64,000 bases of DNA from an uncultured Gemmatimonadales bacterium. Its GTDB lineage: Bacteria; Gemmatimonadota; Gemmatimonadetes; Longimicrobiales; Gaopeijiaceae. The notes beneath the pieces are model-generated. The model worked only from the letters and a program-made list of their open reading frames with translations, was not told where the DNA came from and made no database searches. Where the stretch lies: positions 2,720,001-2,784,000 of the forward strand of contig CAWELD010000003.1 in the NCBI GenBank assembly GCA_963809895.1, given 5' to 3'. Of this stretch, positions 10,189 to 19,351 are shown piece after piece; the first letter of the stretch is position 1; each line of letters begins with the position of its first letter. The position numbers were made by a program, and so were the translations under genes.

Positions 10189-11523
10189 ATGCTGCCATCC
10201 ACCACGCTCGCGTCTGCCCTCGGCCTCGCCGCCCTCCTCGCCACGACCGCACCCGCGTCGTTGCGCGCGCAACAGGGCCTCTCCCGTGAAGAGCAGGCGG
10301 TGGTCGCCGCGGTCGACGCCCGGGCCGACGCGGCCATCACCCTGTTGACGCGCGTCGTGAACATCAACAGCGGAACCATGAACTTCGACGGGGTGCGCCG
10401 GGTCGGCGACTTCTTCCGCGCCCAGCTGGACAGCCTCGGCTTCGAGACCGAGTGGCTCGACGGTGCGGCCTTCGAACGGGCCGGCCACCTGGTGGCGCGC
10501 CACGTCGGCAACGGATCGGGGCCCCACCTGCTGCTCATCGGGCACCTCGACACGGTGTTCGAGCCCGACAGCCCCTTCCAGACCTTCGAGACGGGCCCGG
10601 ATTCCAGCGCCACCGGCCCCGGCGTCGTCGACATGAAGGGCGGCGACGTGGTCATCGTCGAGGCGCTGCGCGCCCTGGAGGCCGCAGATCTCCTGGACGC
10701 CCTGACCATCACCGTGGTCATGACCGGCGACGAGGAGCGGAGCGGCAGTCCGCTGAGCCTGGCGCGGGCGGCGCTTCTGGAAGCCGGCGAGGCCGCGGAC
10801 ATCGCATTGGCCTTCGAGAACGGCGACAGCAACCCGAAGACGGCGGTGGTGGCTCGCCGGGGATCCACCGGCTGGCGGCTCGACGTCACCGGCACACCGG
10901 CGCATTCCTCGCAGCTCTTCCAGCCCGAGGTGGGGTCCGGCGCCGTGTACGAGGCCGCCCGCGTCCTGTCGGGCTTCTACGAGGAGCTGGCGGGCGAGCC
11001 GTATCTGACCTTCAACCCAGGCGTCGTGCTGGGGGGGACGTCGGTGGACTACGACGCTTTCCAGAGCGGGGGATCGGCGTTCGGCAAGAGCAACGTGGTG
11101 GCGGAGCACGCCGTGGTGACCGGCGACCTGCGCACCCTGTCGCTGGAGCAACTGAGCACCGCGCGGGCCAAGATGGCCTTCGTCGCCCGCCAGAGCCTAC
11201 CCGGGACCTCGTCGGAGCTCACCTTCGACGACGGCTATCCGCCCATGGCGCCCACGGCCGGCAATCAACGCCTTCTGGCCATCTTCGATCAGGTGAGTCG
11301 CGACACGGGCTACGGCCCGGTGACGGCGGTGGATCCCAGGAACGCGGGCGCCGCCGACGTCTCCTTCGTGGCGGGCCTCGTGGACATGGCCATCGACGGT
11401 CTGGGCCCCGGCGGGGGAAACGACCACACGGTGGACGAGTGGATCGACCTTCCCACCCTGCGGGAACAGACGCGCCGAGCCGCGGTCCTCATCGCTAGAC
11501 TCGGTCGCGGGATCGTTCCGTAG
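10189..11523 (+). CDS. Secreted M20 family metallopeptidase (carboxypeptidase G2-like)
   Basis: IGHLDTVF, GPGVVDMKGG, GDEE, DGLG..G..DHT; signal peptide. Confidence 0.9.
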   Translation: MLPSTTLASALGLAALLATTAPASLRAQQGLSREEQAVVAAVDARADAAITLLTRVVNINSGTMNFDGVRRVGDFFRAQLDSLGFETEWLDGAAFERAGHLVARHVGNGSGPHLLLIGHLDTVFEPDSPFQTFETGPDSSATGPGVVDMKGGDVVIVEALRALEAADLLDALTITVVMTGDEERSGSPLSLARAALLEAGEAADIALAFENGDSNPKTAVVARRGSTGWRLDVTGTPAHSSQLFQPEVGSGAVYEAARVLSGFYEELAGEPYLTFNPGVVLGGTSVDYDAFQSGGSAFGKSNVVAEHAVVTGDLRTLSLEQLSTARAKMAFVARQSLPGTSSELTFDDGYPPMAPTAGNQRLLAIFDQVSRDTGYGPVTAVDPRNAGAADVSFVAGLVDMAIDGLGPGGGNDHTVDEWIDLPTLREQTRRAAVLIARLGRGIVP

Positions 11524-11557
11524 CAGGCCGCCTCAACCCTCTTCTCCAGGCGAAGAC

Positions 11558-12076
11558 ATGAACGCCACCCTCCTCATCGCGCTGCGCGTCATCCACATCT
11601 TCTTCGGTGTCTTCTGGGCCGGCACGATCTTCTTCATGATGGGCTTCCTGCAACCGGCGGTGAAGCGGATGGGTCCCGAGGGCGGGCAGGTGATGCAGGC
11701 GCTCGCCAAGCGCGGATACCTGACGGCCATGCCGGTGATCGCCCTCCTGACGGTGCTCGCGGGCATCGGCCTCATGTGGATGGTGTCCGGCGGGTTCTCG
11801 CCGGAGTGGATGGGCTCACCGACGGGAATCACCCTGAGCACCGGCGGGCTGGTCGCCGTGATCGCGCTCTTCGTGGGCGTATTCGTCATGCGGCCCACGG
11901 CGCTCAAGGCCGGCGCGGTGGGAGGGCGGCTCGCCCAGGCCACCGACCCGGCCGAGCAACAGGCGCTGGCCGGCGAGCTGGCGAGCCTGCAGAAGCGCAT
12001 GGCCACGGGGCTGCACGCCGTGACCATGCTCCTGACGGTCGCGGTGCTGGCCATGGCCGTGGGCCGTTATCTGTAG
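11558..12076 (+). CDS. Hypothetical 4-TM membrane protein
   Basis: 172-aa ORF with four hydrophobic segments and HIFFGVFWAG N-terminus; host-like codon usage. Confidence 0.75.
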   Translation: MNATLLIALRVIHIFFGVFWAGTIFFMMGFLQPAVKRMGPEGGQVMQALAKRGYLTAMPVIALLTVLAGIGLMWMVSGGFSPEWMGSPTGITLSTGGLVAVIALFVGVFVMRPTALKAGAVGGRLAQATDPAEQQALAGELASLQKRMATGLHAVTMLLTVAVLAMAVGRYL

Positions 12077-12095
12077 CATCTCTCCCGATACGGAA

Positions 12096-12128
12096 GAGGG
12101 CGGGGCGCCACCTCGGCACCCCGCCCTC
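12096..12128. terminator. Hairpin between convergent genes (probable bidirectional terminator)
   Basis: GAGGGCGGGGCGCC-ACCTC-GGCACCCCGCCCTC, 14-bp stem with one mismatch; no clear U-tract. Confidence 0.55.
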
Positions 12129-12151
12129 GTCCGACGTCGACGACCGGCGGT

Positions 12152-14840
12152 CTACAGCCCGCCGTCCTGCATGTCGGTGGTGATCCTCGCATCGGTATCG
12201 GGAGCCTGGAGGTAGACCTCCAGCCACGCCGTCCACCGCGCCCACAGGTCCAGGAGCGTCTCCTTCGTGGCCGGGCCGTGATCCTCGTAGGGATAGAGGT
12301 ACATGGCCGCGTCCTTGCCCAGGCCGTTGAGGGCGTGGAACATGCGGGGCGTGTGGTCCGGATCCGTGCCCACGTTCTGATCGCCCAGCCCGTGGTACAT
12401 GAGCAACGCACCCGTGAGCTCGTTGGCGTACAGGAAGGGTGACATGCGCAGGTACACGTCCCGGGCATCCCACAGGATGCGGCGCTCGTTCTGGAACGAG
12501 AGGGGCGTGAAGGTCCGGTTGTAGTTGCCGTCGCCGGCGATGCCCGCCTTGAAGAAGGGCGTGTGGACCATGGCGTTCGCCGTGCTGAAGGCGCCGTAGG
12601 AGTGCCCACCGATGCCGAGCCGCTGGCGGTCGATGAGGCCCCGCTCGTCCAGCTCGTCGATGACGGCGGCCAGGTTGTTGCGCAGGTCGTGCTCGTAGTT
12701 GTTGTTCATCTGGCCCGCCTTGCCCACGATGGGCGCGTCGGGCTCGACCACGGCGTAGCCCAGCCGCACGAGATACTCCATGCTGCGGGTGCCGAAGCTC
12801 GGGAACGAGTTCTTGTTGAAGGTGCGCGCGCCCTCGTCGTAGTCCTCCTGGCCCTCGTACTCACGAGGGTAGAACCAGAACATGGCCGGCAGACGCGTGC
12901 CCTCGCGGTAGTCCGGAGGCAGCGTCACGGTGACGCGGAAGCGGAAGCCGTCGGGCCGCTCCACCACGAACCGCTCCACGCGCGCTGCGGTGAGATCGGG
13001 CGTGTAGTCCACGTTCTGCGTGAGCTGCGTGCGGGTGCCCCCGTCCAGGCGGTAGGACTGCTCCACCTCGGTGGGACTCTCGTGGGTCAGGACGAACGAA
13101 CGGGCGTCGATGTCCAGGATCGCGGTGAGGCGCTCGTAGACGCCGTCGTTGTCGGCTTCGAAGATGCGCTCCTTGTCGCCGGTCTGGATGTTCACCTGAT
13201 CCAGGAAGGGCCTCGGACCCGTCGCCATGGGATCCTCGTCGTACGCGGTTCCGGCGAGGTAGACGCTCTGTCCGTCGGCCGAGAGCTGCACCGTGCTGGC
13301 CTCGCCTCCGCCTCCCCCGAAGAAGCGGAACCGGCCACCGCCCGGGACGCTCCCGTCGGTCATGACCAGGCTGCCCGGGTTCGCGTAGAAGTCGTCGGAG
13401 TCGTAGCGCGCCAGCGTGTGCCGGGTGTCCGGATCAGCCAGGGAGACGGCGTATTGATGCACGCGCGTGCCCTGCCGCTCGCTCAGGAACAGCATCTGCA
13501 TGTCCGGCGAGAAGTTGTGGCTGGTCATGCGGGTGTCGCTCTCGTAGACCACGTTCAGGCTGGTGCTGTCGAAGGGCGGCAGCCACTGCATGACGCGGTC
13601 CTTGCGGCGCGAACGGGCCTGGCCGCCCTCCTGTCCGGCGGCTCCCCGGTCTGCTGGAGCGTCCGCCCCAGCGCTGTCCGGGGCGGGCTCCTGCTGCAGG
13701 AACGTCAGACCCTGCCCGTCGGGACGCCACGCGAGCTGCCGGCGTCCGCTGTCGTTGCCGTTCCGGGCCGAGCCCTGATCGTCGTCCCGGATCCCGGTGT
13801 TCAACTCGGTGGTGTCCAGGACCGCCAACACGCTTCCCTGAGCATCCCAGATCTCCTCGACCCGCCCGAAGCTGCTCACGGGAACGAGATAGCTGAAGGG
13901 CTTGATCATGCGGGTCACCCGCACGTAGCGGCCGTCGGGAGAGAAGTCGAAATCCCGGACCATGGTGGGGGCGCCAACCTGGTGCACCCGGCGCCCGTCC
14001 AGCTCGACGTAGGCGAGCTGACCCGTGACGTCCCACTCCAGCAGCGCCTCGTCGTAGGGTGTGGCCATCAGGCTGGCGTAGGTACGCAGCATGTTGTCGC
14101 CGTCTTCGGTCATCTTGACCTGCGGCCCCGTGGGAGCCGACGGGCTTCGCCGGCATGGCCGGACGGTTCTCCGGCACGAGCACGACACCGATGGCCTTCC
14201 CGTCGGCGGTCCACTGGAAGCCGGTGGCCAGCGTGGCCAGGACCGGGCGCCGGGTGAGTTGGCGCGAACGTCCCGTCGCCGGGTCCGCCACGAAGATGTG
14301 CGTGGCGTCGTCGAAGTGGGCGTAGAAGGCGATCTGGGACCCGTCGGGCGACCACTCCGCGTCGGACACCCGAGCTCCGTCGGGGACCGACACGCGCACC
14401 TTGGACCCGTCGGCGGCGGAGATCACCTCGATCCCCACGTTGTTCCGGATCGTCAACGTGCGGCTCCGATTCGCCTTGAAGTCCACGAACAGCCCGCCCA
14501 GCTCGTGGAACGGCTTCGAGAAGACGTCCATGGTCACCGGTCCGTCACCCACCTCGTTGAGGAAGCGGGTCCGATCGGGACTCACGTCGCTGAGTGTGAC
14601 GTTCAGGTACCGGGGCGCCAGCACCGCCTCGGTGATGGCGGACGGTGGCTGCACGTACTGCTTGGCGGCCAGGATCTCGCGGGCGTCCCAGCCGTTGTCC
14701 TGCTGGGCCACGACGGGCTGCGCGAACGACGGCAGCACCGCGAGAAGAAGGAGCGTGACAGACCAGCGGGCTCGTGCGAGGCCGCGCCGCTCAGGGCGAA
14801 CGATCATACCCGCCTCCGGGTGGAAGTCGAGGAGGTCCAT
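12152..14840 (-). CDS. Secreted S9 (prolyl oligopeptidase family) peptidase; one frameshift near 14140
   Basis: N-part in ORF 13434..14840 (signal, WSPDG propeller). C-part in ORF 12152..14188 (GGHSYGAF, HGLGDQN, YPYEDHG). Start may be 14807. Confidence 0.88.
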
Positions 14841-15023
14841 AAGCGCGTCGGGGAGGGCACTCGAGGACGTTGCTTGGGCACGCCCTCAGACATTGCGGGA
14901 GACACCCGAAGGGGCAAGGGCGTTGGAGAAGGCGCGCCGAGCAGCGCCTGGCCTTGCCCCCGCCGCAGCCCTCGGACAGGTTCAGGATTCGCTGTCCCGT
15001 ACTCCCCGCAACGCGTTCCCATC

Positions 15024-15539
15024 GTGGCCGAAGATCTTCGAACCCGCGTCGAGCAGTGGCTGGAGGCCCTGGGCTGCACGCCCGTGGAGCAGGACGATCC
15101 CATGACCCGCTGGCATCTCGACTTCGAGTACCCCGTGGGCAGTGGGCACCGCATGCTCGTCGCCGGCCTGCGCGGTTCGGCCGAAGCCGTCATCGTCGCG
15201 TCGGTGGTCAGCATCTCGCCGGGCCACCTCGAAGGCTTCGAGAGCCTGATCCCGGAAGACAAGCGAGCTTTCCTGTTCGGCTTTCGGCGCACGCTCAACT
15301 TCCTCGAGCTCGAGTTCCAGCTCTCGGGCATGTCCGGCCCGCTCACCTGCCCCACCTCCTTCCAGGTGAGCGCCCGCCGCTTCGAGGACGGGTTGTCGTT
15401 GGACGAGTTCGCCCGCAGCGTGGGCGCCGTGTACAAGGCCGAGCTCGAGGGCATCTGGTACATCCAGGAGTGGCTGGGGGCCTTCCAGGGTCCGGTGGCG
15501 CACTTCGAGATGGACGCCGACGACCTGCCACAAGCGTGA
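15024..15539 (+). CDS. DUF2299-like protein
   Basis: 3' part of ORF 14091..15539 from GTG 15024. VEQWLEALG N-terminus and FEDGLSLDEFARSVGAVYKAELEGIWYIQE C-terminus resemble DUF2299 (recalled, not searched). Confidence 0.6.
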   Translation: MAEDLRTRVEQWLEALGCTPVEQDDPMTRWHLDFEYPVGSGHRMLVAGLRGSAEAVIVASVVSISPGHLEGFESLIPEDKRAFLFGFRRTLNFLELEFQLSGMSGPLTCPTSFQVSARRFEDGLSLDEFARSVGAVYKAELEGIWYIQEWLGAFQGPVAHFEMDADDLPQA

Positions 15540-15958
15540 CGCGGCCGGCCCACCGCCTGCTGACCGCGCTGGGCCTGCTCCCGGCGCTGTGGGTGCTCCC
15601 CGCCAGGGTCCGAGCGCCGTCGCCCCGGCCCAGCGGCACGGCCCCACCCGAGTACTTCTATCTCGAAGGGCAGTGCGAGGGCTGCACCCTCGACGCCGCC
15701 CACCCCACCGGCGCCTACTGGCTGGTGTCCGATTCCGTCTACGAGGGCGTCCCGGACCATTTCGACGCCTACGTGGAGTCCTACCGCAGAACACTCGAGC
15801 GCTGGTTCGTGGGCTCCGCCCCCGCGGCCCGCACCGTCGAGGTGCGCCGCGCCGCCACCGTGGCCGAGGCCGGCCGCGCACGCGCCGCCGAATGGGCACG
15901 CATGAGAGCGCGCGGCTACGAGGTGATCGAGGTGCCGTACCATCCCTCCGTGGAATAG
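15536..15958 (+). CDS. Hypothetical exported protein with CxxC
   Basis: GTGA overlap with upstream stop; hydrophobic N-terminus; CEGC motif. Confidence 0.6.
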   Translation: MTRPAHRLLTALGLLPALWVLPARVRAPSPRPSGTAPPEYFYLEGQCEGCTLDAAHPTGAYWLVSDSVYEGVPDHFDAYVESYRRTLERWFVGSAPAARTVEVRRAATVAEAGRARAAEWARMRARGYEVIEVPYHPSVE

Positions 15959-15962
15959 CCCC

Positions 15963-15993
15963 TTGACCCTCACGTAACGTGAGGCTTTATCCT
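15963..15993 (+). promoter_or_regulatory. MerR-type promoter/operator of the tipA-like gene
   Basis: -35 TTGACC (15963-68), 19-bp spacer, -10 TATCCT (15988-93); perfect dyad CCTCACGT-A-ACGTGAGG (15968-84). Confidence 0.9.
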
Positions 15994-16000
15994 CCCCGCC

Positions 16001-16771
16001 ATGAGCACGACGAGCTACACGGTGAGCGAAGTGGCCGGCATGGCGGGCGTCACGGTCCGCACCCTGCACCACTACGATCAGATCGGGCTCCTTGAGCCCT
16101 CGGATCGTACCGATGCCGGGTACCGTCTCTACCGGGACGAGGACCTGAGACGCCTCCACCAGATCCTCCTGTTCCGGGAGTTGGGGTTCGGACTGGAGGC
16201 CATCGCCCGACTCCTCGACGATCCGGCCTTCGACCGCCGGCGGGCGCTGGAAGCCCAGCGGGAGCTATTGGGCGAGCGCGTGCGCAAGACCGCCGCCGTG
16301 ATGCGAGCCGTGGACAACGCCCTGGACGCACTGAAGGAGGGACGAGAGATGGACGCGACAGAGCTCTTCGACGGGTTCGAGGACTTCGACGCCGCGGAGT
16401 ACCGGGAGGAGGCCCGGGAGCGCTGGGGAGACACGGAGGCGTTCAAGGAATCCTTCCGGCGCACGCGGAGCTACACCAAGGACGACTGGGCGCGCATCAA
16501 GGCCGAGAGCGAAGAGATCATGGCCGGGCTGGCCGAAGTCATGGAGGCCGGCGAGAAGCCCACTGGCGCGGCGGCCACGGAGTTGGCCGAGCAGCACCGC
16601 CGCCACATCAGTCGCTGGTTCTACCCGTGTTCCCATGCCATGCACGCGGGGCTCGCCGACATGTACACGGCCGACGGACGCTTCCAGGCGTATTTCGAGG
16701 AGCGGGCCGAGGGACTCGCGGCCTTCGCCGCCGAAGCCATCCGCAGCAACGCCGCTACGCACGACGCGTAA
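16001..16771 (+). CDS. tipA: MerR family regulator with TipAS antibiotic-recognition domain (TipA/Mta-like)
   Basis: YTVSEVAGMAGVTVRTLHHYDQIGLL HTH; EEARERWGDT, HRRHISRWFYPCS and LADMYTADGRF are TipAS motifs. Confidence 0.9.
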   Translation: MSTTSYTVSEVAGMAGVTVRTLHHYDQIGLLEPSDRTDAGYRLYRDEDLRRLHQILLFRELGFGLEAIARLLDDPAFDRRRALEAQRELLGERVRKTAAVMRAVDNALDALKEGREMDATELFDGFEDFDAAEYREEARERWGDTEAFKESFRRTRSYTKDDWARIKAESEEIMAGLAEVMEAGEKPTGAAATELAEQHRRHISRWFYPCSHAMHAGLADMYTADGRFQAYFEERAEGLAAFAAEAIRSNAATHDA

Positions 16772-16778
16772 GTCTTCA

Positions 16779-16816
16779 GGACGGAGCGGGCGGGCCACTC
16801 CCGCCCGCTCCCGTCC
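16779..16816 (+). terminator. Hairpin after tipA
   Basis: GGACGGAGCGGGCGGG-CCACT-CCCGCCCGCTCCCGTCC; no U-tract. Confidence 0.5.
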
Positions 16817-16868
16817 GGCACGCCGGCCTCGGTCGACGACGAGCCCATGGAGACGCGGGAGAGAGGCA

Positions 16869-17909
16869 GTGACGAGGAAGGCCGGAAGCCTCCGGCAGGG
16901 TACACAGGGTACATGGTCGGCGCGCGCGCTGATGATCGCGCTCGCCGTCTCGCTGACGCCGTGCGGGCTCCGGGGCCAGGGCCTTCGCTCCATCTCGCTG
17001 GCCTTCGACAACGACGGCTTCGACTTCTGGGTCCCCCCGGATCAGCGCACGGACTGGTTCTACACCCACGGCACGCATCTGGAGGCGGTCCTGGCGTGGC
17101 GCGCCCCGGGCATCCTGGGACAGGGTGGGGACCCGGCGTGTGGCACGGACTCGTCGGCGACGGCGTGCGTGGTCACACGCCTCCGGCTGGGTCAGGAGAT
17201 CTACACGCCCGAGCGCCTCTTCACGTACGGGCTTCCCGGGTACCTGGACGACGGCTACCGGCTGCCGCCCGACCGCCCCTACGCGGGATGGCTGTACGGT
17301 GAATTGGCCAGTGAACGGTTCACGTCGGGAGGCACGACCCGGATCGGCGTCCAGCTCGGCGTCACCGGTCCGCCGTCGCTGGCCCGGAGCGCGCACCTGG
17401 CCTTCCATCGCTGGCTCGACAAGGCGAAGCCCACGGGATGGGAGTACCAGATTCCCTTCGAGCCGGCCTTCGCGGTGTCCTACCGGAGCACCCGCCTGTG
17501 GCCCGCGCTCGATCCGGACCGGACCGTGTCGGCGGCCCTCGAGCCCCACTGGACCGCCACGGCGGGCACGGTCCGGACCGCCGCCGAAGTCGGCCTGTCC
17601 GCGCGGCTGGGGGTGGACGCCCCTCCCGGTCTGGCCTGGGCCGGACCCTCTCCGCGTCGGGCCTACCTGATGGTGGAGCTCGGCGTCGAGGGCGAGTGGG
17701 TGTTGCGGGACCTGTTCCTGGACGGCTCGACATGGCGCAAGAGCGTGTCCGTCGCCAAGGAACCCCTGCTGGGCCGGGCCCGGCTCCAGGTCAGCGCGGG
17801 TTGGAGCGACGTAGGCCTCGAGTTCGCCGTCACCCGCAGCACGCGCGAGTTCGAGGGCCAGGACAGGGCGCACACCTTCGGCACGCTCAGGGTGCGGGTG
17901 CGCCGCTGA
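16869..17909 (+). CDS. Lipid A deacylase LpxR family (DUF2219) outer-membrane protein
   Basis: FDND, DWFYTHG, LGQEIYTP, DRPYAGWLY, GVTGPPSLA, GWEYQI, FLDG, EFEGQ..HTFG motifs; start approximate. Confidence 0.85.
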   Translation: MTRKAGSLRQGTQGTWSARALMIALAVSLTPCGLRGQGLRSISLAFDNDGFDFWVPPDQRTDWFYTHGTHLEAVLAWRAPGILGQGGDPACGTDSSATACVVTRLRLGQEIYTPERLFTYGLPGYLDDGYRLPPDRPYAGWLYGELASERFTSGGTTRIGVQLGVTGPPSLARSAHLAFHRWLDKAKPTGWEYQIPFEPAFAVSYRSTRLWPALDPDRTVSAALEPHWTATAGTVRTAAEVGLSARLGVDAPPGLAWAGPSPRRAYLMVELGVEGEWVLRDLFLDGSTWRKSVSVAKEPLLGRARLQVSAGWSDVGLEFAVTRSTREFEGQDRAHTFGTLRVRVRR

Positions 17910-17934
17910 CGACATCCGTCACGGGGGGGCGCCG

Positions 17935-19224
17935 TCAGGCCGGAATCCCCCTCCGCGCCACCTCGTCCAGCATCTCCGCGACCCGGTCCAGCTCTGCGGG
18001 CGCATTGTAGATGTGGGTCGAGAGCCGCATCCAGCCGAAGTCGTATTCGCTGATCACCCGGGTGCGCACCTTCGCCGTGCGTGACAGGTGCGCCTGCAGC
18101 GCCAGGGAGTCCACGCCCTCGATGTGGAACGACAGCATGGCCGAGGACAGCGCCTCGTCGGCGGGAGTGACCAGCTCCAGCCCCGGGATCTGCTCCAGCG
18201 AGGCCCTGAGCCTCTGACGCAGCCAGCGCACCCGGGCCTCGATACGATCGGCGCCCAACGCCCTCTGGAACTCCACCGCCGCGAGCAGCCCGGCCAGGCG
18301 GGACTCGTCGAAGGTACCCATGTGGTTGAGGCGCTGCGCACCGATATCCAGGTCGTCCCAGCCGCCGGAGGCCAGGGTAGGCCACAGCTCGGTCCGCCAG
18401 CGCTCGGCGAGGTAGAGCATGCCCGTGCCCTGGGGCGCCAGCAGCCACTTGTGGGGGCTCGACGCGTAGAAGTCGCCGCCGATCCGATCGAGGTCCAGAT
18501 GGAGCATGCCCGGCGGATGCGCGCCGTCGATGGCGAAGACGATTCCACGCTCCGCGCACCGTCGGGCCAGCTCCGCCACCGGGAGGGTGGTCCCGTTGGT
18601 GAAGGTGACGTGTGAGGCCTCCACGACGGCCGTGGCGGGCGTGACCGCGCCCCACACCGCCTCCAGGAGCGCCTCGGACGAGGGCGCCGGCACCGGGAGC
18701 ACGGCACGCCGGAGCTCGGCGCCCCGCCGCTTGGTCACCACCTCCCACGCCGACTTGCCACCGATGTGCTCGTGGTCGGTGATGACCACCTCGGAGCCTT
18801 CGGGCAGGTCCAGCCCGTTGGCCACGAAGCTCATGGCCTCCGTCGTGTTGCGCGGAAAGACGAAGCCTTCCGGGTCTCCGCCCAACAACGCCGCCATGGC
18901 GCCCTCGAGGTCGTCCCAGTCCACGCCCGGCGGATAGGTCATGGCGACGCGGCGCGCGTGCTCTGCCACGGCGTCGACCACGACCCGGGGCGGCGGGCCC
19001 AGGGTGCCGTTGTTCAGATAGATGCGGTCGTCGGGAATCAGGAACTGCGAGCGCACGATGCGCCAGAAGTCCTCGTCGTCCGCGGCCCCACCGGGCTCGA
19101 GGCGGAGCGCCAGGGCTTCCACGGCCCGGGGCCACGCCAGGGCCGAGAGCCCCAGCACGGACAGGAAGCGACGGCGGCCAAGGCGGGCATGGCCTCTGGA
19201 CGGGGAGTTGGAGGACGCGGACAT
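17935..19224 (-). CDS. Tat-signal class V PLP-dependent enzyme (isopenicillin N epimerase/cysteine desulfurase-like)
   Basis: RRRFLS Tat motif; YLNNGTLGP, RNTTEA, DHEH, DGAH, SSPHKWLLAPQGTG (PLP Lys). Confidence 0.88.
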   Translation of the reverse strand: MSASSNSPSRGHARLGRRRFLSVLGLSALAWPRAVEALALRLEPGGAADDEDFWRIVRSQFLIPDDRIYLNNGTLGPPPRVVVDAVAEHARRVAMTYPPGVDWDDLEGAMAALLGGDPEGFVFPRNTTEAMSFVANGLDLPEGSEVVITDHEHIGGKSAWEVVTKRRGAELRRAVLPVPAPSSEALLEAVWGAVTPATAVVEASHVTFTNGTTLPVAELARRCAERGIVFAIDGAHPPGMLHLDLDRIGGDFYASSPHKWLLAPQGTGMLYLAERWRTELWPTLASGGWDDLDIGAQRLNHMGTFDESRLAGLLAAVEFQRALGADRIEARVRWLRQRLRASLEQIPGLELVTPADEALSSAMLSFHIEGVDSLALQAHLSRTAKVRTRVISEYDFGWMRLSTHIYNAPAELDRVAEMLDEVARRGIPA

Positions 19225-19327
19225 GGCTTCGCGAAATGGTTGATCGGACACGATACGGACGGCAGCAATCACCGTATCGGTACGCCATTCCGACGTCTCA
19301 CGCCACGCCGCGCCCTCCGGACTCCGA

Positions 19328-19351
19328 ACGGGAGGCCGTGGGGTCGCCCGT
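19328..19351 (-). terminator. Hairpin after the 19351..21039 gene
   Basis: Minus strand ACGGGCGACC-CCAC-GGCCTCCCGT immediately after the stop. Confidence 0.4.
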
